Below are positions 56,369 to 64,000 of a stretch of DNA of 64,000 nt, in pieces. Origin of the DNA: Bythopirellula sp. (GTDB lineage Bacteria; Planctomycetota; Planctomycetia; Pirellulales; Lacipirellulaceae); contig OZ244170.1 of the NCBI GenBank assembly GCA_965216565.1, positions 608,001 to 672,000 on the forward strand. The letters are read 5' to 3'. The notes beneath the pieces were generated by a model. That model did not search any database. It saw only the letters and a program-made list of their open reading frames with translations, and had not been told where the DNA came from. A program made the translations under genes and the position numbers. The stretch's first letter is position 1. Every line of letters begins with the position of its first letter.

Positions 56369-59182
56369 CTAACGAGGCGTCGTGGGTGGATTGGAGGGAG
56401 CGCTCGTCAGTCGATTTGCCGAAGTAGAAGAGATCACCCGCATCTGTAGATCGTCGACTTGGGCGACGCCCAGACCGGAGAGTGCGATCGTAACCTGAAC
56501 ATCGGCATTCGCAGCAGAGGCCCTTCTCATCAAGAATGGTTGCCAGGAGGGGGATATTTTGATTCTGGTTGCAAGATCCGCTCCGCCGAGTGTATCGAAT
56601 ATTTGCAATCCGTCTACGGTTCCCAGGAGTTCCTCGGGCACGCGTGCCACGCCGCTAATTTCGAGAACCTGCCCAGCCGCAATACGTACGGGTTTGGAGC
56701 GAACCCATACCGGCGACGTGGGGATTACCGGCACGGGCCCCAACTTGTCGTCGGGCGAGGCTTCTAACTCCAGGCAGTATTGTCCACTTCTTGGTGCTAA
56801 AGTAGAAAGACGCACTGCCGTGATCACCCCATTAATTTCCAGGGTCTTATGTTTCCAGCCGGCATTGAGAAGGTTCTCAAGGCTCTCGAATCCACCTTCT
56901 GGGAGAAGATTCTGCCCAGCCTGATTGGAGCTGATCGCGGCGCTCCATTGCAGAAGCCTTGGTAGCGTCTCCAGGCTGAGTATCAGCGGATGCTGGGCCG
57001 CAACTCCAGAGCCGATAGCCTTGCTCCAAAGCAGAGACTCGGTTGCGTCGAGAACATGTTCTGCTTTAGCGGCAAGTTTGTAGGCTTGATCGAAGTTTCG
57101 CCCTTGGGCAGCCTCTTCACTTCCGCGAATTGCATTTTGCGCTGCTCCGAGTGATGCTTGTAATTCCTCTTGGGTAACGCTTCCACCAGCTAGGCTAGGA
57201 TAAGCGCGCTCTGCTACTCTTAAACGCGAATTGATCAGGTTTTGCCGAAGTTTTGTGGAACGCTGAGCGTTCGTTCGGAGATGACGGGCAACCTGCGAGA
57301 ATGCACCGGGATCGTCGGTGAGAAGTATCAGCCCATCGGCAGGCAGCTGATCTAAGGCTATCCGAACTCCACCCGTCACGCGCTGATGACGAAGTCGCTG
57401 CGGGCCGCCTAGTGTTATGAGCCAGGCTTCTGAAGATTCTGCTACGCCCGGGACGATGAACCACGTTGGTTTATCGAGCGAAGCCGAGTTTTGTGCATCC
57501 AATGAATGCGACCACCAAATCGGAACCAAGAGGTGCGAACGCTCTGCCCGCAGGACCAGTGCTGTAAGGAGCGGATCGTTGGAACGCGCGCTAGCCAGCA
57601 TTTTGCCTGCTGCCAGCCAAGGTTCCATCAACCCCAAGCGTATATTCGTGAGTTCCAAAGCCTGGGCTCGATACGTACTTGCAGCGTCCTTAGCTTCTAG
57701 CGAAGATCTCGAATCGAAGTAGAAGCCGTCCGTCTGTACTCCGATAGCCGCAGATAGAATTGAGTTCAATTGCGAATACGAAGTGACGGAGCCTAGTCCG
57801 CTCTCGACGCCGAATGCCTGCGCTTGGGTTTCGTGCTCGGGGCTGATTTGCGTTGATATTCGCGTCCAGGTAGGGGTACCCGGCCGTGCTAGCCGTGTTC
57901 GATGCGACAGCCAAGTTGCATAATCGCGAAGCGTGAGTCCGGTCCCCATTATTGCCCGATCTAGGACTACCACATCGGCAATCCGGCTAGCTTCGCGGGT
58001 TAGTAGCTGGGGCGTCAGTAGCGTTTCGCGCCGAGTATTCTTATCGTATCGCTTGATGAGTTCCTGCCAACGAATCGTTTGCCCCAAGTCGTTTTGCGAA
58101 AGCTGCTCGCCCAGGTCCCAACTAAGTACCTGACGATATTCTTCCGAGATCCCCCCCTTTGTTATTATCTGTGGTTCGGGGGGCGGACAGATAATCCACA
58201 GACCCAATCGATCGGCCTCACCAAGCTCTTGGTCAGTAGGCAAACGTTGCATGCCAATCGCTTGGAAACCGAGCTTAGCAAGATACTCGAAGGATTCTCC
58301 CTGCCAGCGGATGATTCGAGGTACTCTTGGCCTGGGTAGCGGTGGTCCGGGTTTGGTTTGCTTCTTCGAATTTCCAACAGGGCCTGAAAGCGCGGGGCCT
58401 TCTTGCTGAGGGACACTTTGATCGACCACGCCAAAAAGTTTGAGCTGATCGACTAAAAGATCTGTATTGCCAGGACCGCCAGGGACGAGCAATACCAACT
58501 CTGATACGTAGGCTTCGCGTGAGTCAATGGCCGATTCCAATTGCATGCGTGCGACGCGTGCGGTGTTTTCCAATGCCGCGGGAAGATTGCCGAGGGTAAG
58601 TTTCTCCCACTGGTTACCCACTCCAATATTCGATCCACGAAGGATCAATTCAGTCGGTCGACCAGTCGAGGGGTTGATGCTTCTCGGCAACACAACCTTG
58701 GCAGCTACTTGGACTCCCGGTCTGTTGCACTTGACCCAAAACTCGGCACGGAACTCCTGAATGACTGGTGCTCGCGGTATCGGCAGTGCCAGTGGTGCCG
58801 AATGTCCGGCCGCGCAGCGCAACACTATCCTTTCGGCCGCAGTACCATGCTGTGAATCACGTTTTTGAAGTTGGTGGAGCAGCACTTGTGTTGGGGCGGT
58901 TCCTTGGCGTAGCTGAAGGCGGAGCTCAGCGCCGTCGAGATTATCGTGCCAACTAGCCTGGCCATAGGCTGGGACCGCTACTAAGGCATTCGGATAGAAG
59001 TAGCAGAGCATCACTACCGTAAGGGCAGCCCGCCACCTACCGCTCGCAGGGCGACGTGATTTCGAGATTTGACGCGTGAAAGGCAAAGTCGACACGTTTT
59101 CTGGACCTATTTGGCCGTTTTCCACAACTTCGTGGGCCCTGTCCACTAGATTGCTGCGAGGATTTCTTCGCGGTGGGCGCAA
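56369..59182 (-). CDS. Large exported hypothetical protein with C-terminal CBM-like domain; start uncertain
   Basis: 937-aa ORF, hydrophobic segment near aa 50-75, NLLPEGGFE...DDL beta-sandwich signature. Confidence 0.65.
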   Translation of the reverse strand: MRPPRRNPRSNLVDRAHEVVENGQIGPENVSTLPFTRQISKSRRPASGRWRAALTVVMLCYFYPNALVAVPAYGQASWHDNLDGAELRLQLRQGTAPTQVLLHQLQKRDSQHGTAAERIVLRCAAGHSAPLALPIPRAPVIQEFRAEFWVKCNRPGVQVAAKVVLPRSINPSTGRPTELILRGSNIGVGNQWEKLTLGNLPAALENTARVARMQLESAIDSREAYVSELVLLVPGGPGNTDLLVDQLKLFGVVDQSVPQQEGPALSGPVGNSKKQTKPGPPLPRPRVPRIIRWQGESFEYLAKLGFQAIGMQRLPTDQELGEADRLGLWIICPPPEPQIITKGGISEEYRQVLSWDLGEQLSQNDLGQTIRWQELIKRYDKNTRRETLLTPQLLTREASRIADVVVLDRAIMGTGLTLRDYATWLSHRTRLARPGTPTWTRISTQISPEHETQAQAFGVESGLGSVTSYSQLNSILSAAIGVQTDGFYFDSRSSLEAKDAASTYRAQALELTNIRLGLMEPWLAAGKMLASARSNDPLLTALVLRAERSHLLVPIWWSHSLDAQNSASLDKPTWFIVPGVAESSEAWLITLGGPQRLRHQRVTGGVRIALDQLPADGLILLTDDPGAFSQVARHLRTNAQRSTKLRQNLINSRLRVAERAYPSLAGGSVTQEELQASLGAAQNAIRGSEEAAQGRNFDQAYKLAAKAEHVLDATESLLWSKAIGSGVAAQHPLILSLETLPRLLQWSAAISSNQAGQNLLPEGGFESLENLLNAGWKHKTLEINGVITAVRLSTLAPRSGQYCLELEASPDDKLGPVPVIPTSPVWVRSKPVRIAAGQVLEISGVARVPEELLGTVDGLQIFDTLGGADLATRIKISPSWQPFLMRRASAANADVQVTIALSGLGVAQVDDLQMRVISSTSANRLTSAPSNPPTTPR

Positions 59183-59475
59183 AACGATTGTAAGGGCAGT
59201 ACCTATGAAATATGTTGAATGTGGGCAACCTAGCCCAAGACTGTTGGGGGCGATGTAAGTGGTGCTTATATCAGCATTTCCGTTGAGTACCTACCTCAAT
59301 GGGTGTGAATACGCATCATGGCGGGCTAGGGCTCTAAACTGAGATTCAGGGCGTTGATTCGCCGGAAGTTGTTAATTTACAATCAGTTGTGTTCGATAGC
59401 TTGGTCCGAAGCACGGTTTGGCACGGCCTCTGCTGTAGGCTAGTCAGACCCTTTTCGATCCAAGGAGATGCACCG

Positions 59476-59763
59476 ATGCCGAACATCCCGGAACAGACCA
59501 AAACGCAAGCAGAACAGATCCCAGCGGACCTCCAGAAGTTGACGGTGGCCCTCAATGCTCTACCAGAGAAGTATGCAGTCGAAATCGCACCGCTCGTCGA
59601 TGCGGTGGTCGAAAGCACGAAACGCCGCCGCCGAATCCTGTCGCTAGTACAAGATGCTTTGAGCCAGTTGCGACTGGACATGAAGTACTTGATGTTCGAT
59701 CTAGAAGCCACTAGACGCGAAAGAGACGAGTATCGTTGCAAACTCGACGAGCAAGAAAGCTAA
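59476..59763 (+). CDS. Small coiled-coil hypothetical protein
   Basis: AAGGAG RBS; RRRRILSLVQDALSQLRLDMKYLMFDLEATRRERD. Confidence 0.75.
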   Translation: MPNIPEQTKTQAEQIPADLQKLTVALNALPEKYAVEIAPLVDAVVESTKRRRRILSLVQDALSQLRLDMKYLMFDLEATRRERDEYRCKLDEQES

Positions 59764-60040
59764 TTCGCACGTGACATTCAGTGGTATTTCTGCGATGATA
59801 ATAGCTTGCGGGCTACGCGTGAGAAAATAAGTAACTAAGATTCCAATTCCGGAAAATCGAAATGAGAATCCGGAAATCTAGCTTATTAACGTCGAGATCG
59901 GTAGACGCCGCGGGAGACTGATGGCTGCGTGAAGATAGAATCTTCCGAGCTTGTGTTTTCAGCAAGGCGTGAGAGATCTCGAAGCGTTTGCTCAATGAAC
60001 CTCAGGGGCTAATACTGGTAGGACGTGGACACTGTGCGTT

Positions 60041-61516
60041 ATGGCCACCGAATTAACCGCAGAAAAGTTGGCTCAAAGCGCATTAGACGTCAACATCGTT
60101 TCCGAAGCCGACTTACGTTCGGTTTGGAGTGAGTTGGGTACGCGCACAGTTGAAGGTAGCCAACTTGCCCAGATTCTTCTTCGCCGCGGTCTCATAACCA
60201 ACTACCAACTCGACCGCGTCAACCAAGGCTTCCGCCATGGTTTTTTCTACGGGGAATACAAGGTGCTCTACCTTGTAGGTGCAGGTACTTTTGCCAGGGT
60301 CTATCGAGCCACGCACAAAGATACAAAAGAACTGTTTGCGATAAAGGTGCTTCGCAAACGGATGAGCGAAAAACCTAAAGAAGCGGAGTTGTTTCGTCGT
60401 GAGGGCGAGCTAGGCATGAAGCTCGTCCATCCCAATATCGTGGCGATTCATGATGTAGTCAGCAAAGGTCTCCTGAATTACATCGTTATGGACTTTGTAG
60501 AAGGGCACAACTTGCGCGACTTTTACAAGGTGCGTGGTAAGTTTGAGCCAATTCCTGCGGCAAAAATTGTGGCTGGAATGCTGGCTGGGCTCAACTACGC
60601 GTTCCAGGAAGGAGTTTCGCACCGAGATCTCAAGATGTCCAACGTCATGGTCTCGAGTGAAGGTCAAGCCAAGCTGGTGGACTTTGGACTAGCAGGGTTG
60701 GGGGTATCTGAATCCGATGCCGGCGATGGTGCAAACCAGCGAACCATCGATTACGCAGGCCTAGAGCGGGCCACGAATGTCCGCAAAGACGATACCAGGA
60801 GCGATATCTTCTTTGTCGGCTCGATATTTTACCAAATGCTCTGTGGAAGCCCGGCGTTGGCCGAAACCCGTGACCGCGTGCAGAGGCTGAGCAAAGGACG
60901 GTATCAAGACATCAAGTCAATCGCCGAAATCGCTCCCGAGATCCCCATGGCAATGGTTCGCGTGGTGAATAAGGCGCTTGAATTCGATCCAGACAAGCGA
61001 TTTCAAACCCCGGGCGAAATGCTGTCCGACTTGCAATTAGCCATCAAGCGTGTTAGCGACCAGGCAAAAGGTATCCAACAAACGCCAACCGACGAGAAGC
61101 CACTGGAGGGCCACGACGAACAAGGCGAACCACGGAGACTAATGGTTGTCGAGTCCGACACGAAGATGCAAGATCTGTTCCGCGAGATGTTCAAGAAGCG
61201 TGGCTACCGAGTTCTCGTCACCAGTGATCCAGAGCGGTTGTTTCAGCGTTTCTATGAGAATGCCAACACGGCTGATGTTGTGTTGATCAGTTCCGGGCAC
61301 TTGGGTGGAGAAGCGGTTGACGCATTTAATCGGATGGGGCAAGAGGGTGCAACCAAGAATGTTCCCTCAGTACTGCTCTTGGGAGATCAGCAAGGAGCAT
61401 GGGCAAAAGACATTGAGGCGAACGATCACCGGAACTTGCTGCAGATGCCTGTGAAATCACGGGAGCTCAGGACTGCAATTCTCAAATCGCTAAAAGCTTC
61501 GGAATCAACTGCCTAA
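60041..61516 (+). CDS. Hanks-type Ser/Thr kinase with C-terminal receiver-like domain
   Basis: GAGTFARV, AIKVL, HPNIV, HRDLK.SN, DFG, SDIF; RLMVVESD...GYRV. Confidence 0.9.
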   Translation: MATELTAEKLAQSALDVNIVSEADLRSVWSELGTRTVEGSQLAQILLRRGLITNYQLDRVNQGFRHGFFYGEYKVLYLVGAGTFARVYRATHKDTKELFAIKVLRKRMSEKPKEAELFRREGELGMKLVHPNIVAIHDVVSKGLLNYIVMDFVEGHNLRDFYKVRGKFEPIPAAKIVAGMLAGLNYAFQEGVSHRDLKMSNVMVSSEGQAKLVDFGLAGLGVSESDAGDGANQRTIDYAGLERATNVRKDDTRSDIFFVGSIFYQMLCGSPALAETRDRVQRLSKGRYQDIKSIAEIAPEIPMAMVRVVNKALEFDPDKRFQTPGEMLSDLQLAIKRVSDQAKGIQQTPTDEKPLEGHDEQGEPRRLMVVESDTKMQDLFREMFKKRGYRVLVTSDPERLFQRFYENANTADVVLISSGHLGGEAVDAFNRMGQEGATKNVPSVLLLGDQQGAWAKDIEANDHRNLLQMPVKSRELRTAILKSLKASESTA

Positions 61517-61543
61517 CTACCAGCGATTCTGCTTTGAGCCAAG

Positions 61544-61999
61544 TTACTTCTGCTCGCACTTGGCTTTTTCTATCTCTGCGATTTTTTCTACACGACGCAT
61601 GTGCCGCCCGCCCTCGAACTCGGTATCGATCCAGAGTTGTACCATCCGCTCGATGGTGCGTGGACTGATCATGTCCGCCGGCAGGCAGAGAATGTTCAGG
61701 TCATTGTGCCGACGACTAATCTCAACAGTCACTTCATCTGTACAAGGAGCGGCTCGCACTCCAGGAAACTTGTTCGCCGTGATGGCCATGCCAATTCCGG
61801 TGCCACAGATGAGAATCCCGCGATCGACTTCGCCTTCGCTGACTCTCTCAGCGACCAGGGCAGCAAAGTCGGGGTAATCGACCGACTCAGAGACGTCAGT
61901 ACCCCGGTCATCAACTTCATGCCCTTTTGTACGCAGCATGCCAGCTATCTTTTCTTTGAGATGATAACCCCGGTGATCACTGCCAATCGCAATCTTCAT
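61544..61999 (-). CDS. rpiB: Ribose-5-phosphate isomerase B
   Basis: IAIGSDH.G, DYPD, CGTGIG, ANK..GVRAA, HND.N.L, FEGGRH. Confidence 0.95.
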   Translation of the reverse strand: MKIAIGSDHRGYHLKEKIAGMLRTKGHEVDDRGTDVSESVDYPDFAALVAERVSEGEVDRGILICGTGIGMAITANKFPGVRAAPCTDEVTVEISRRHNDLNILCLPADMISPRTIERMVQLWIDTEFEGGRHMRRVEKIAEIEKAKCEQK

Positions 62000-62094
62000 A
62001 GCGCCCAATTTCTCCTGAGTTGCCCGGCCTAGACCGACTTTGTGAAGCCCCCCTCTATCTTGCAAAAACCAACCTCATTTGGCAAGCGCCGCGA

Positions 62095-63222
62095 CTATTG
62101 TCCGAAGTCGATTTCATCGATTCGCTGTTTCAAAGCTGTTTCGACTTGTTCAGCACATTGGCGATAGATGCCCACTGAGCCACCGATGGGATCGTCGATG
62201 TCGCCGCCGTCAGCCCGCAGAGGCATAGTTCGCGAAGCCGTTTCTGGCCATCGGCCAATAACGGCACGCCGATGGTTTTCAGTCATCGTCAGGATGACGT
62301 CGGCATGGCGAGCTAGCTTGTCAGTGAGTGGCTGCGACTCGTGCCTGGAAATATCGAGGCCATGCTGTTTCATCACCTCAACGGCCTCACTCGAAGGTGC
62401 GCAACCGGGAACTGCTGCAATCCCGGCGGAAGCAACAATGATATTTCGCTCTGCGAGTTCTGCCTCGCTGCAACCAAGTTTCTCGGCCACAAGTTTCCGC
62501 GCAATCGCTTCGCCCATTGGGCTACGGCAAGTATTCCCAGTACATACCAGTAGTACAATCATGCTAGCTAGACGCGCAAGCGCGCTCTCGTTCAATACAC
62601 CTTCTCGTAAACATTCGTAGCTATTGCTATTCGCTTTGACAACGGTGGAGGATTGGCCGAATCGGCTCGGTCCATCGTCGAGCACCAAGCCAACATGATC
62701 TCCCAAACTCGCTATGGCTTGCTCGGCATTCACCGCGTCAGGTTCGCCTGATAGGTTTGCACTTGTTAGAGCCACTGGGCCAGCCAGCATCCTCAGTACG
62801 TCGAGGACAGTCTGATGCGCAGGAACTCGTAAGCCAAGCGTTTCTTTGGGTGCCACCGCGTCGAGGACTTTGGATGGTAATCGAGACAACAAGCCTTCGC
62901 GATTTTGGTGCTCGACAACTAAGGTCACCGGCCCTGGCCAGCAGCGACGGGCTAGCCTTTGAGCCATTACGCTCATGTTGGGCACATAATCTAGGGCCTC
63001 TTCGATACTCTTAATGGCTAAGGCAAACGGTACATTCGACGCGCGTCCCTTCGCTTCGAATAATTTATCTACGCCTTCTTCATTGCGGGCGCTAGCTCCC
63101 ACTCCATAGACCGTCTCGGTGGGAAAAACTACTAGCTTTCCCTCGGCCAACGTTTGTACAGCGCGATGCACTACATCCCTAGTGTCGTCCGCTTTCCGGA
63201 GATCGATAACAATAGGTGGCAT
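62095..63222 (-). CDS. TsaC/Sua5 threonylcarbamoyl-AMP synthase fused to a low-molecular-weight (YwlE-like) phosphatase
   Basis: FPTETVYG, KGR, WPGPVT, TSANLSG, STVV; then VCTGNTCRSPM, SAG, DIDDPIG. Confidence 0.92.
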   Translation of the reverse strand: MPPIVIDLRKADDTRDVVHRAVQTLAEGKLVVFPTETVYGVGASARNEEGVDKLFEAKGRASNVPFALAIKSIEEALDYVPNMSVMAQRLARRCWPGPVTLVVEHQNREGLLSRLPSKVLDAVAPKETLGLRVPAHQTVLDVLRMLAGPVALTSANLSGEPDAVNAEQAIASLGDHVGLVLDDGPSRFGQSSTVVKANSNSYECLREGVLNESALARLASMIVLLVCTGNTCRSPMGEAIARKLVAEKLGCSEAELAERNIIVASAGIAAVPGCAPSSEAVEVMKQHGLDISRHESQPLTDKLARHADVILTMTENHRRAVIGRWPETASRTMPLRADGGDIDDPIGGSVGIYRQCAEQVETALKQRIDEIDFGQ

Positions 63223-63522
63223 AAGCTGGCCAACGGATACCTGCGCACATGTCCAGTTAGGACGGAACCAGTAGGAAGGAAAATTGCCTGGCACCGTCTA
63301 CAGAAAACTACCAACGGCGCCTTCCGAAGAGATGCACGAGAAGAACCACGAGCGATATGATAGTTTGTTAGGGAAATTGCGGTGCGACATCACATAAGTG
63401 CAACACGAGTCTTCAAAACAAATATACTTATATCGTTCCCTGATGGTCAACCGCAGGCACCTTTCAGCACAAGCTGTGAGCGGTACGGCAAAGCATACGC
63501 ATCTCTAGGAAATTGGAATCCC

Positions 63523-64000
63523 GTGGAATCGCGTCAATCAACACAATTGTTCGTTCGATGCGATGCGCCGAGACGCTGGTCACGATTTTGGACCCTAGGA
63601 GGGCTGGTGGTGGCTCAACTGCTGCTTGGCTGCGTGCCGTCTAAGACCCCGGAGGGTAGCGCCGATTTGCTGTGGGGGCAGCTAGGAATTACGGAAGGGC
63701 GATTTCAGAAGCCGCGTGCCATTGCCATTGACGAAAAAGATCGGCTCTACATCATCGACATGACCGCCCGAGTTCAGGCGTTTGACGCGGACGGGAACTA
63801 TCTCACCAGTTGGCGTACACCGAAAAGCAAAAACGGCAGACCGTCGGGGCTGACCATTGCCAATGACGGAAAGGTCTTAGTGGCCGACACGCACTACTAC
63901 CGCATGTTGGTTTACGATACCGAGGGCAAGCCAATTGAAAATCGGACTATCGGTGGTGTGCAAGGCAACAAACCGGGCGAGTTCGGCTTTGTGACAGACG
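63523..64000 (+). CDS. NHL-repeat beta-propeller lipoprotein, partial (runs off the window; start uncertain)
   Basis: LLLGC lipobox; WG..G...G.F.KPRAIAID...LYIID; RP.GL......VLVADTHYYR. Confidence 0.82.
   Translation, partial: MESRQSTQLFVRCDAPRRWSRFWTLGGLVVAQLLLGCVPSKTPEGSADLLWGQLGITEGRFQKPRAIAIDEKDRLYIIDMTARVQAFDADGNYLTSWRTPKSKNGRPSGLTIANDGKVLVADTHYYRMLVYDTEGKPIENRTIGGVQGNKPGEFGFVTD

Overview
Bacterial chromosomal window. DUF1559 prepilin-like, DUF1598, DUF11 and prenyltransferase-repeat genes, plus PEP-CTERM proteins carrying 'DFDxxGxVDGxDFLxWQ' repeats, point to a planctomycete, probably Lacipirellulaceae-like (inference). (1) 1-6.8 kb: end of an atypical periplasmic nitrate reductase cluster (NrfC-like Fe-S, NrfD-like anchor, NapD, NapA, a duplicated tetraheme NapB, an unknown ORF), followed by a globin / hemerythrin / Cys-mini-protein unit. 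(2) 7-32 kb: accessory carbohydrate and cell-surface island with GH94 phosphorylase, ROK repressor, putative TIM-barrel hydrolase, an enlarged SSS transporter, DUF1559 protein plus lipoprotein, AlkP-TPR enzyme, NAGPA-family enzyme and six PEP-CTERM genes, one of them frameshifted. A 25-bp imperfect palindrome occurs three times, each overlapping a TTGCnT-N17-TAAGAT promoter. This suggests one ROK regulon, a PUL-like system with no SusC/D in the window. (3) 32-64 kb: mostly housekeeping or conserved genes (sigma-70, two-component pair, rpmG, recJ, ilvE, lolC/D-like, lysS, glycerate kinase, Ser/Thr kinase, rpiB, TsaC-phosphatase fusion). No rRNA, tRNA, CRISPR array or transposase was recognised. 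All calls rest on motif recognition by eye; no searches were run.
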